Shown: piece by piece, positions 12,070-24,400 of the stretch
Layout of the letters: each line of letters opens with the position of its first letter
Position numbering within the stretch: position 1 is the stretch's first letter
Origin: Lama guanicoe
Taxonomy: Eukaryota
NCBI GenBank assembly: GCA_013239625.1
Contig: MU054212.1
Location: forward strand, 558,001 to 622,000
Length of the DNA: 64,000 nucleotides
Reading direction: 5' to 3'
The notes under the pieces: model-generated
The model's database searches: none
The model's input: the letters and a program-made list of their open reading frames with translations, nothing else
Told to the model about the DNA's origin: nothing
Program-made: the position numbers and the translations under genes

Positions 12070-14719
12070 CCAACATTTCTGAGTGTGTTCTTTCTCGCTT
12101 CCTAGACGTGTAGGGACTGAACAACAGAATCTGAGAAGGTGCTTCTACAGGTGTGTCCAGTACCTAGCACGGACCCCTGGGCCGTCGACACCCCTGGGCT
12201 CTCCTGCATTGTTGCCAATGTGATTTTCTTTGCTCCAGCTATTGAAGTTGGTTGCCTGTTTCTATGTCCTTAAGTGAATATCTTTGCTAAAATGGAATAT
12301 TCCACCTGGAAGAGATCAAAACTTCTCACAGCCAACAGAGACTCCCCAGGGTTCTGGAAATAGAACATGAAGGCAATTTTTTGGCGTAAGAGAGAACACT
12401 TAAGGGTCCTGGATGGCGTTAGACGTTACCTGGTCTGACACTGTGGGTGCAGGGCTGTACGGTTGAAAGCAGACTCAGTGAAAGTGGCCCGTGGGGCCAT
12501 GTCAACAGGGGGGACCCCTGTGCATCTCCACGCCGTCCTGAGCACTCCAGGATCGCATGGGCAAAGCCTGGCTTTTGGAAGCTTGTGGTCTGAAGCTCCA
12601 AGTTCCCTCATACCAGAAACACTTTCCTAAGTCTGCAACTGAAGCTACGTAAGAAGAAAGTCGGACAGCGTTCCAGCAGCAGAGCACTCTCCATGCTTCC
12701 TGGAAGGGCTTGGAAAACATTGTGTGTCCAGAGGAAGCTCTGCCCATGTGAGCTGCAGCCCTGGGGAGCTGTTTCTTTTGCTGTTTTTTCCCCTCTGGCA
12801 GATGTTTGTGTGGAAATGTGATCTTTAATTCCTTAAAAGACCCATCTCCCTGGAGTTAATTCCTCTTTTGAAGTCCTAATCTTCTGTGTAAAGCTTTCTG
12901 GTCATCTTGACTCCAAGTAAAGTGTTACAGGTCACAGATGGAAAATTATGTGGGCTCTTTGCATACCATTTGGTTATAGAAGAAGATAAGTGTAGCGCCG
13001 GAGCCCACTGGAAATAGAGTTTGGCTGTCTTCCATCATTCCTGACAACTAGCATCTGATATAATTCTTTCACAAATACACTCAGAGGAGGTAAACAAATC
13101 TGATTTTCTTCTTGAGCATCTCCATTATGATGGATGTTGCCCCCGTGCTTGTAAAGAGCAGAGCTGCAAATTCACAGGAACCCTCCAGATTCTGGACACG
13201 TGCGACCTGTCTTGAGATTCACGCTGTTTGGAGCTGCTAGTGCAGGAAACAGACAAGAGCTCGCCACCAGTTGATACTTGTCTCCTCTGCCTAAGGCCTG
13301 AAGTCCCTGCCGACTTCAGAGCTGCTGCAGGAAACACGTAGGATGTGTCCTGGGAGCTCCCCTGGCTACTTTCAGCTCCCCCAGGGTGTGAACAGCCGCA
13401 GACCTGATGCAGAGCTGCTGGGCGCGTCTCTACTCTGGATTCTCCTCTGGCCCCTGCAGAGATAGGAGTCTAGGGAAGGTTGGATCCAAGAAGAGAAGGA
13501 AAGTGCCCCCGTGTGCAGTCTTCCTGCCTTCTGTCCTTCCTCCCGCCTTCCCCAGCTGCTTGAGAATGGCCAGCCAGAGGAGTACTGACCCTGCCGGAAT
13601 TGTTGGGAAACAGTCCACACTGTAGTGGCTACACTTGGCTTGTGCACAAGAATAACGCTTTTTTCTGAGTGAGACCCAGGCGGCCAGCCTCTCCTGCACC
13701 TGACTGCTGAGGACCGCACAGTGCGAGCATTCGATTAAAGTTACGTGCCGTTTACCGCAAGGGCACGTTGTGCTTGAAACTTTGAAATAATGCTTGCATT
13801 TCACATGCACTTACAGTCTCACTTTCTTGTTGTATTGAAAATGTCCAAACAGATTCTGTGTGTGGGAAGGAAGGACACATGAGCACTGAGTGATGAAGGA
13901 AATGCAGGAACACTAAGCCTGTTGGGTCTGTGCGACGCATTCCTTCCCCTGCCTGCAGAAGATGCGGATGCTTTCCTCCTGGGTGGGTGGCGGGGCCGGT
14001 GGCGGGGCTGTGCCCGGAGGCCCTCTATCCTTCCATCCCCAAAGGGTTCCAGGCTGAGTGGAGCGGGAGGAGGAGCCGCCCGGGGCTCCAGCAGCTCCAG
14101 TCTCAGGGCTGTGGTGCTCGGTCTCCCTCTGGCCCCACCCTGTGCTCCGCCTGGTGACCTGCGGGCCCTAGAAAGTCTGGGTGAGAGCATCCATGGATGC
14201 CTGGTCACACCCACAGGAGCAGACTTCCTAGTGAGTCTTAGGAAGAGCAAAGCCCTGAGGCCCGTGGTGGTAAAAGAGTCCCCAGACAGCCACCCTGTGT
14301 GTGTGTCACCTCTGTCACTTAACTCGCTCCCGCCTCATTGGTTCAGGCATTTAGAATCTGGTACCTAATTAACACTTGACAGATGTGAGCTATTATTCTG
14401 TCTGCCAAAGTCAGTTGACCTGGGCGCTGCAGGGATAGCCCTGCTGCCTGTCCCTCTGAGTGAGAGCTCGTGTCCAGCAGGGTGGTGTGCCCAGGATTTA
14501 GCTAACCCTCGGCCCTCCGGGCCCTGGTGGCCCACTATGGACATGACACCTCTTATCCTTGGAGCTGTGACCACGGTTGGGTCTCTGCTATCTGATGAGA
14601 ACCGTCTCCCAGGAGAGAGGAGAGAAGCACTTCTGTGTGCCCGTTACACCTTTGTGACAGGCCACACGTGTCATCCTTCAGCTGTTACCTCAACCCAAGA
14701 AGGCAGTTCCCAGTAAAAA

Positions 14720-15180
14720 TGGTGCATATTTATTGCACGCTTATTACTTGCCTGACACTGTTCTGAGCGCTGTCCCATATGGGGACTCATTTACTCACTC
14801 AATTACAATGTGTCAGTCTCTCGTGTACAGCTACAGCACAGTGTCCCCGCCATGCATATACATGCATATATTCATTTTCATATTTTTCTCATTAAAGGTT
14901 ATTACAAGATATTGAGCATAGTTCCCTGTGCTATACAAAAGAAACTTTTTTAAAAAACCTATTTTGATGTATAGTGGCTAACGTTTGTAAATATCAAACT
15001 CTGATCGTCTGTTTCTGTTTTGTAGATGAGTTCGTAGTGGACTCATTTATTCTTTACAACATTCTGATAAGAGAGCTACTGATTTTATCCTGTGGTTTTA
15101 GAGGAGGAAACTGAAGAATCAGTGTATGCCTGAGGTCATACAAAGGTGACAGAGCTAGTATTTGAAGCTGGGATGTGGCT
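14720..15180 (-). mobile_element. MIR interrupted by a truncated L1 3' fragment (~14800-15038) with a target-site duplication
   Basis: MIR motifs (atttattgcacgcttattacttgcc; gaggaaactgaag) flank L1 3'-UTR-like ttattacaagatattgagcatagttccctgtgctatac. GGACTCATTTA occurs at 14783-14793 and 15039-15049. Confidence 0.7.
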
Positions 15181-16565
15181 TTGGTTCTGGCTTCCAGGTT
15201 ACAGATACTCAGGTGCTACTTTGAACCTGGCATTGCCCAGATTGTGTTTCTAGAGGGGCTGCCATGAACTCAGCCCTCGAACTTGTTCTTCAGAAGAGAA
15301 GGGCAGCAAATGTTTAGCAGCACATTGTGATCAGGGCACTGCTGGAATTGGAAATAAGGAGTGGAGGCAGCACCAAAAAGGGAATGAGTAACTCAGTGAA
15401 AGGAGAGGAAATGTTTCTTGGGGAGGTGACTTGTGAGCTGGGTTTTGAAGATTAAATAGGAGTTCACCCAGTGTACCTAGTAGGACATAACAGTCAGAAG
15501 AAATAACATGCAGAGGACACAGATAGGAAAGAGCAGGCATTTTTGAAGGTGGGTCTACTGCAAGTACTTTCGCATGGATGAGTGATAAATAGCAGGGGGA
15601 AGTAGTGCCTGTGTGTTGAGGCCACAGAAGCAGAGAGAGCGGAAAGGAGAGGGCCTAGGTTACCATGCCAGGGAACCCGATTTTATCCTGAGCACACAGA
15701 CAATTGAACATCACAATTTTAAAGCAAGGTCAAAATACCTAAACCTTGATGGAGTTAGTACTCCTGTTTTTCCCTGGTTTTATTTTTATGATTATTGAAG
15801 GAAAAGGTTACAAAAGTCAGTAAGTTCCATATCCGACGTGTGTTACCATTGGGCTAAAGAATGTTGGTGTTTAATCTCCTCCACTGTTTCCCCATTTTTT
15901 TCATCAGCAATTCTCTTTGGCAAAAGTTATTCTCAGATGCCAGGATAAGTATTTCTGAGTTTTTTTTTTTTTAATGTTTTTAAGTGCCTTTGATTGCATA
16001 AGAGCTCGTGTAGAACCGTTTCCAGTAGTATCTTTATAGCAGGAATGGAGACTAAGACTGATTATGTAATTGTTCCCTCAGTTTATTCTCAGAGCGTAAA
16101 ATGCTGCCAGCATATAAAAAACCCGAATGATCACAGTGGCATCCGAGTGTCTTTCCTGCTCACGGTTTCTGGCGCTGTTGCTCTTGCATTGTTTACTGCA
16201 AAGTAGAAATGGATGGTTTAAATGTGGCGTGACTGTTTGCTCAGCACTGGGCCCCCAGACTCATAGCTCGTCTGCTCCGTCTTGTCCGTGCAGCCCACAG
16301 CCAGCACTTCTCACCGGAGAGGGGACTCACGTGTGCTCCTTGGAGACCCTCGCCGGAGTCTCACCACGTTAACATTTGGATAAGGAGAGGCAGCGGACTT
16401 CTGCTGCACTGAGGTTGCATTTTGCAAGAGAGCAGAACGCCATCTGTCAGGGGAGGGGGCGGGAGTGCGCAGATACAGCTATGAATGCTTAATTGCTATA
16501 GAATTTTTGTTTTAATTTGAGAGCCTTTGCATTTAGTTTGTGTATTTGTTATTTTTTTTTTTTAG

Positions 16566-16643
16566 AATAGTCCTTATCAGTGGCAGAAGATCCTTCTGTA
16601 GTATATTTTCAGTGCTGCCATATCGCGACAACGCCCAAGTTGG
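16566..16643 (+). CDS. CABLES1: CABLES1 coding exon (exon 4), 78 nt, phase 2-2: IVLISGRRSFCSIFSVLPYRDNAQV(G)
   Basis: Long T tract plus ag ends at 16565; donor gtatgt at 16644. Translated by hand; matches the CABLES family motif. Confidence 0.95.
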
Positions 16644-19600
16644 GTATGTATACGCATGCTTGCTTTGTAGTTCTCTGGGTGAAAACTTCTGACTCCATGT
16701 GTCCAATGTGGCCACCCTTTCTATGTCAAAGACCTTGCGTTGCTTTGACACTGCAAATTCAATTTTTGTAAACTTGAAAGAGAAAAAAAGTTCCACTTTC
16801 TTTTCAGCCAGAAAGCTTCCTTGTTACTGTTGCGCATGTGCGTGTGCATGTGCGTCCTTACCATACCGCCTGCTGTTTCTAAACATGCATTTCGTCACCT
16901 CTTCCAATACGGTAAAGCCAGAGCAGTCTGGGGCCCACTCATCCCACAGGGCCTCATCGACTTTTGGGAAAAGGTAGGTCAGGAAAGGAGTCGGACAAAT
17001 CATGTGGTCATCCTGCTTCCTTGCATCCGGGGCTTGGGGCTGGACACTGCCCAGCAAGCTGGAGCAAGTATCAAAGCCAAGTGGTATCAGGAACAGGCCT
17101 GTGTGATTCACCACAGGCCAGAGGAACACACAACTCTCTCGTTCAACAAGCCCGTCCTTCTAAAGCTCTAAAAAGAAGTGGGTAAGTGAGGCTCTGACCT
17201 GGCAGAGCCCTGTCTCCTCATTCGCATCCCCAGACTCTGTGCCGTTGCTCCCCGAGTCTCACTCCTTGTCCCCTCACCTGTTCACTGCACCCACTGTATG
17301 CCGTTTGTTGTCAGGGAGCTGCTGGTACTTAGGGCAGGACAGTTACTTGCATAGGATGCCAGGAGCATTAGAGGATGTCGGCTCCGGTTTCTGCAGACTG
17401 AATGCTGGGGTTGCCCTCCAGTCATTGTAACAGCAACACATGACCACTGCCCCTTAGGAGGGAGCATGGCCCCAGTGCTGATCCACCATTTATTTATCTT
17501 CTAGCATCTTCCATGGGCTCTGCCTGGTCGTCTCCATTCACCAGGACCTTCCCTTTCCCCTGCACACCTGTCAGACCTCCGGCCTGTTAAATTCACCATG
17601 GTCCTTATTTTTAACTTTACCCTGTAAGGTCCATGGGACAGGACAGAGAGCATCTTTATTCGTGGGATGCTGACTCAGTCATTTATTAGATGCGTGCCTT
17701 AAAGAGCAACAATAATCTTACTGTTTATTGAGCACTTACTTCGTGCCAGTCCTCTTTCTTATCTGCATCCTTATGACAACCTTGCAGAGTAGGTGTCGTA
17801 AAAAGTGTAAAGCAAATCCTGTAGCTCAGAGGTTCAAGGACCACTTGGGCATGGCCAGCGGGCTGCCCTCAAGAGACATCTACTCTACTATGTAGAGTGA
17901 AAACAGAAAGGCTTTCTTTATCTTTTTAACCTGCTATGGTCCTGGGTCTGGCCACCCCTGAGAGCAGACTCATTTCTTGGGGACAGTGGCTTGTACCAGC
18001 ACACAGACCTATGGGCGACCGGAAGGCCAGTTCACTAATCCCAGTTACAAGTAACGGCCCCCAGGCTCAGAGTGTTTGACTGTGACCAGCCTGTAAGCAC
18101 ACTTCCAGGGGAACTGAATCATCAGCAGGAGGCTGTCTGCAAGTACGACCTCTCACAGCCAGGACCTGCCTGGGCAGTGCGGTGCTGGCCTTATTTTTCT
18201 GGGCTTCCCTGGCTGACCTCTCTGATTAATGTAATTTTTCCTTGGCTATGTTCCATTCATTCATTCACTGGGTGCTTACTATGTGACTAGGTCCTGGGGG
18301 TAAAGATAGTGAAAGATGGTCCTGGTTCCTGGAACTTAAAGCCAAGAGGGGAGACACACGAGAGTGCTGGGAAACAGGGGTCTGTCAGAGCCCAGGTCTC
18401 CTTCCCCGCTGCTGGGAAGGGCTGGTGTGTTTCAGGAGGGTGTGTCACAGGACGTACCACTATTCTGCCGGTTGGACCAGATAAAGAAGCAAAACCAGTG
18501 TGTGGGATCACAGGACATAACCTTTACATCCTAGACATGAATAAACTCAAACGCACCACTCCTTCAGGTTTCATAGATGAAGAAATCATAGTGCAAAAGG
18601 GTTCATTTTCTATAACAGAACGCATACTCGGATCTTTTGTAAACGCCTAACAGAAAAGAACATGCCTGTTTCTGCGGCCTATCCTACTTAACTTCTCATG
18701 TAAGAAACTCTGAGTGCAACTCAGTGTCGTAACTTAGTGGCAGGATTAAGAAGCATTCTGCTTTTTAAATTTTTTAATGATCAGATATCCTATTTATGAA
18801 CAACTGCCACATCATAATTATGGTTTTTTAAAAACTAATTATTGAGAAACGGCTGTACTCAAATAATAAAAACATTTAACCTAGTAAGTTATATACATGT
18901 AGTATTTTTAAGTAATGTAGTTCATGTACATGCTAACTAATACCTTTCCGCTGTGGAAAATTCCTTTACTTTTATGCTGACGTCCTCTCTGTGGCGTAAG
19001 TCATAGAATGTCAAGGGTGGAAAGGACTTTAGAGGTGACATGCTATGACCTCCCTGCAGCTCAGGCCCCTGAGGCACGGGGGGTGAAACTCACGCCCACC
19101 CCCAGCGGACCCAGCAACACAGCCCTGGACTCTGGCCGCCGCGGCCTGCTGACCCTGTGGTCTCCAGCGCCCATGTTTCCGTTGTACGTATGCACGTGGA
19201 CTAGGCCACGTGTGCCTGATTCTCCCAGACGAGCACGAACCCCCCTGCTGAAGGGGATAATGTACGGTCCCAAATTCGGCCCAAGGCAGTTTTAAAAACA
19301 GGAAACTCAAAAGTTCATCCACTGTGTACTTGAACCTCCTCTGCGTGGAAGCAGCTCTCAGGACGGCCTTATCTCTTCCCGGTTTTGTTCTGCGGCTTCT
19401 CATGCTGCACTGGAGCTTCCCGAGTTTTCTGCTCTCACACCTTGGTTCACCCTCCCTCCCACCCTGACCTTAAAGCTTTGTTCTTGGTTCTAAACTGATC
19501 ACTTATTTTGGCTCCTGACAGCAGTTGGCCGAAGCAGACAGACCAGTCTTCGGAGAGTTTTACCATCCATCCATCCATTCGTGCCTTCATGCATTTGGTG

Positions 19601-20149
19601 ATTTCTTCTGCCCCTAGTGAGTGGGAGGCCCTGATGGAGGCAGGGAGGGGGCGGGGATGAGGAAGCGCCACTGTCCGGGAGTTTGTCATTGAGCAGGGAA
19701 GCCAGACATGTGAACAACCAAACCAAGACAACTGGGGAGTGCCAAACAGGTGCTAGAGAGCACTTGAACTGCTTCCAGGTCTTTGTCAACATCCACGTCC
19801 ACAATAAATCTACAGGCTTCAGTGAAAGCCAAGTGTTTGCTATGTAAAGTCCCTTTGTCTGTGTGCCCTGGGACAAGCCCTTCTCTCTGGGTCTCCCTTC
19901 CTGTCCTGAGAAGGGAGTGCTGCTGCACCTACATCGTGGGTCCTGGGGCTCAAGCCAAGTGCGCATTCCTTGCCTGGGTCGTGCCCCCAGTTCCCAGCAG
20001 CCGTGGAAGGCGCACTCGCCCAGCACCCAGTTCTTGTGAACTGATGAGCTGAAGGGGTGTAAATGTTGCCTCCCACCCGCCCCTCCAAGTCCATTGCCAT
20101 CCCCACCTGCCACCCATGTAGACATGCAGGTGCTACCACTGCACGGCAG

Positions 20150-20450
20150 ACTTGATTCATTCACCCCAGGAAGTCCATTGAACCTACTATGTGCCAGGCC
20201 CTGTTCTGTGCAGTAGGGATCAGCGGCGAACAAGAAAATGCCTCTGTCCTTGGGGAGCCTACCCCCTAATGGTGGGAGACAGAAACAAGCTAGTAAGTGA
20301 ACTAACCATTGAGCAAGAGAGCAGACAATTCAGTGAGCCCTGCACAGTGTGCAGCCAGAGCAGAGAGGAAGGAGTGGGATGAATTCGGACTGAAGGATCG
20401 GGGCATGCTCCCCACAGAAGGTGGGTCTTCAGCCGGAATACAAGTGTGAG
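20150..20450 (-). mobile_element. L2 LINE 3' fragment
   Basis: attcattc...attgaacctactatgtgccaggccctgttctg. Confidence 0.6.
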
Positions 20451-21319
20451 GTCTCAGCGAGGGGGAGAAGGCTATTCCAGCCTCAGTGATGACTTCCCAG
20501 GATGCTAGCAGACAGTCTGGGTCCACGGGAACTTCCAGGCGGGGTCTCATCATGCCTGACATGTTGACAGACTTCAGCTTCCGAGCTGGAATCCCACTGC
20601 CGACCAACTCTGCAGCTTCAGGCCTGTGTACTGAGGGGGAGGGGACAGGGATGGGGACAGAAAGAAGTGAGCTTTGCTGAGAGGCCAGGCCCTGGTCCTG
20701 GGATGTCACTGTCACAGGCCCATCACTCAGCCTTCCCCAGGGTCTCACTTCCCTCCCTTATCCAGTGGGGAGGTTCAACCACCCTCTCCAAAGGTGCTGC
20801 ATGCTCAGAATGCCTGCTCTGTCCTTGTCCTCGTCAGCTTTGCTAACGTGGGAGCTGTAAGTCTGGTTGAACAAGGAGTTTATGAATGAGACATGCTGTT
20901 CACCAGCCATCAGCTGCTTTTAGAGCTCATATCTGAATAATTTTTTTCTCTCCAGTTGTTCAAAATTTGAGTTTTTAAAATGTGCAGATCTGGTGACTTT
21001 TTACAGCTTTGGGGGTACATTTTGTCCAGGTATGGGCTACAAGGAAAGGGGCTCGGTCATCCCTAGGTTGAGAACTAGTGGGAAATGTTCGGGGTCATTT
21101 TGCATGTCACCAGTTTTATGCTAAGCTGGCATCAGGATTATTCACAAAGTGATTTCTAGAAGCAGATGATGGCTTCACAAGTGCAGTGGTCTCCAAACTG
21201 TTCTTCCCTGCCTTGATTTACAGACACAGATATCCGAGAAAACAGTGTATTTCCTTAGGATTAGCTGACCATGTGTTCAGACACACGTGTGAACATGACA
21301 AATAGAGGTAATAACATAA

Positions 21320-21432
21320 GCTGAAACGTAAACAGTGCTTACGTGTGCCAGGCACTGTTCTGAGTGCTTTATAAGCAGTTGCTCGTTTAATCTCCACAAC
21401 CACCGCCTGAGCTGGGTCCTCCTGTTACCCTT
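21320..21432 (-). mobile_element. MIR fragment
   Basis: gtgcttacgtgtgccaggcactgttctgagtgcttt...tttaatctccacaacc. Confidence 0.6.
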
Positions 21433-24400
21433 TCACAGCGGCAGGGGGCGGGGCGGAGGGAGGGGCGGGACAGGCAGGCTGGGTGGCTGCAGGCTCTGAT
21501 TTGGGGCCAGCTGACCCCACAGAGGCCGTCCCTCAAGTGCTCGTGCCAGGGTGTTCCTGGCACCGTCACTGCCTCGGGGCTGAGCTTGCTGGCCCGGGGC
21601 CAGGGACACACAGGTGGCCCTGGCTGAGAGGTGCACATCTGGGTGACTTGGGGCTATCATGTGCTGCAGGAAGGCCACCTCCTGGGGACCCAGTGGCCAT
21701 GGTGCTGGGTCTTCCCTTCTGAAGGGTTTGGAGGTCGTCGGTTTACACTGCAGCCCGGGCTCCTCCAAGGGCAAACCCCAGGCATCTCTGGGTGGAGTCT
21801 CTGGTGGAAAGTAATCTGTGTAATTCTCCCCTCTGGGCAGTTGTCGACTGTGGAATAGGAAGGCATGTAGAGAGAGGGGAGGTGGGCACATTCTCCAGGT
21901 GTCGACCTGGTGCAGACCCCCAGGGGGACTGGCTGGTGACCCTGGAGTGCTGCTGGCTCACATCTCCCTGCACCTTCCCAGGTGCTCCCAGGTCGTCCCA
22001 CAGGCACCACCAGAAGCAGTTCAGGGACTGGTAAGGGTCTTCCTCCTGTGTGTGGAAAAGACTTCTCTGAGAAAGTGTGCTGAACACTTACATTAGAGGA
22101 TTAGTATTCTCAGCGCCAAACCTGTCTTCACAAAAGGATTGGTGACAGGGCTTTTTACAGTTAAGAGCTTGCTTGCTTTCTCTCTTAATAAGCTTTCTTG
22201 TTTTATTTCTTGAACTATTTGATCCATAGAATTTGCTCACGCACAGCACTTCAGGAATACATCCCTTAGATGAAATGAGATGCTTCCAGTAACTGTCCTT
22301 TGCCTCCCTCTTTCACGTTAGGAATTCAGTCATGCCTACTGAGCGAACCCACAGTGGTTGCAATGGGCATGGTGGAGTGGAGTGTAGGGTGGGGTCCACT
22401 TAGACAACAGGATCCTCACTGATGGTTGGTGGGGGACAGTGGATTTGGGGTAGTTCACGGAATGTCCAGGAGAGGCAGAAACCAGCATAGACACGTAGGA
22501 ACAACCCAGTGGGAGGCCGTGCAGTTAGAACAAGCATGCAGCTCATCCTGGGGCTTCTCCTGAGAAATCAGTGCTGGCGATGCCTCCGCCTGGCGCCCGA
22601 CCGTTCTGGTCTCCCCCCAGGTGTTCCTTGCTTCTGCTTCCGGGCTTCAGGTGAAGAATCTGGGCCACCTGTGGGAGTGTGGGAAATGTAGTTTTCAGCC
22701 CTCCTGGGACTTGTGAACAGTCTGTGATTTCTGCCCCAGTGGCTCCCTGCAGAATCCTGTCCCCAGACTGAACCTAGGGTGGCCACCGGGGGATTCCAGC
22801 TCCCGACCCAACATCAGCCCCAGGAGGGAGCCCCCACGGAAGTGAGGGTCCCCTGCCTCCCCCGAAATATGCTTCCCTGAAAGAAGACAGTTTCTAATTG
22901 GACCCCACAGATAACTGAACCACAGGACTCGGAGTTCAGCCAAGCTTGGCCACAAGCAGTGCCACCAACTTGCAGTCCTCCGGCCAGGACTGCATCTGGA
23001 CCTCTCCAGGCTGCTTTCTTGGGTGCCCCTCCCTGGTGCTTATGCCCACCTCAAGGCCCCACTAAGATTCCACTCATGTTTTACGGTACCTTCTGCTTGG
23101 CCCTGACGTAGTGCTTACACACGTGTTTAACTTCTTTGTCACTTGTCCTCACCCTCCTGAGGGTGCAGATTGTGTCTCAGCCCTTCAGCCTTCTCTACAC
23201 TGCACGGTGCGCAGCCCACATTCTTGTTACGTTTGTGGAAGAAATACATAGAGGTGTTCTGTTCAGTGAATGAATGGAAGTGGTGTTTCTGAGGACTGTC
23301 TCCAGGCTGTTAAGAAGGGCTAAGATACATCGTTACCCCCAACAAGAGACGGCCAGACCCTCAGCTTCAGCAGGAGCAAGGGCTGTTTCTCAGGAGCCCT
23401 CAGCCTGGCCCCTCGTCCCTGCAACTCCATAGACACGGTGGTGCTGGTCCGTCAGGAGGAAGGGCCTGGACGGGGCTAACAAGAAGGAGCTGACGTGGAC
23501 CTCGGGGCCCTGCTTCCCTGGGAGTAACTGCTACACCCACAGTGAAAGTTGCTAAGCCCAGAGGGTGTGCAGCCACACCCAGATGCAGGTGCTCAGCCCC
23601 AGCCTGACCTGCCTCGCCATCTCTATAATCAGGTACTCGTGTGGGGAAGACGTCAGGGTTTACTGGCCCATGAGACTGAGGGCTGGCAGTCTCCAGGCTC
23701 CGCCCAGACCTTTCAAATCACCAGCAGTTGAGTGCAGAGTTCCACTATCATTACCAGGAACGGACTGCCTTTCAGAACAGAGGCCTCCTGGCTGAGCTTG
23801 AGGAGCAGAAACCACTTCCGAGGGCCTGGAAGCCCTTCCTGGACATAAGGGCATTGTGGCTTCTTCCCATAGTGTCCCCCAGCGAATTCGTTAAAGGATA
23901 TCTGACATGGGCGACTCGCCAGCTAACGCCAGGTCACAGGAGCTCACTGACGGGAGCGCCTTTCAGCACTGGAGACAGACGTCCAGAGCTACAAGAACTT
24001 GGAGACTGTCTAGTCCTGGAGTTTGCAGACTTTTTCTCTTTTAGCCTCAGAAACCATTCTAACAACACAAGTTTACACAGAGTAACATAAGAGTTATTCC
24101 AGAAAAGCGGGAATGGGGATGAGAAGCCCACTCATGTCCACTCTGTCCCTCGTGGCCCCCTTGGGAAACCATAGTCCTTCTCCATCCCTGAAGCCAGGGA
24201 GCCACAAGGGCCAGGGAGAGAGCGGGCAGTCAGGCAGAGTGCTCGGTCCCAGTAAATTAACTAGCTTTTCTGGTCCCAGGATCACTCCTCTGCAAAATCA
24301 GCTATCATGCCAGACTCAGAGCGTGGGGAGCATTAAGTGGAATATTGCATATGAACTCTCCGAGCACCGTGTCAGCCTGTAGTAGAGACTCATTAAATGT

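Noticed and set aside
19499..20233. 244-aa minus-strand ORF
   Set aside because: No recognisable domain. It begins in an L2 fragment and has the composition of a chance ORF in GC-rich intron.
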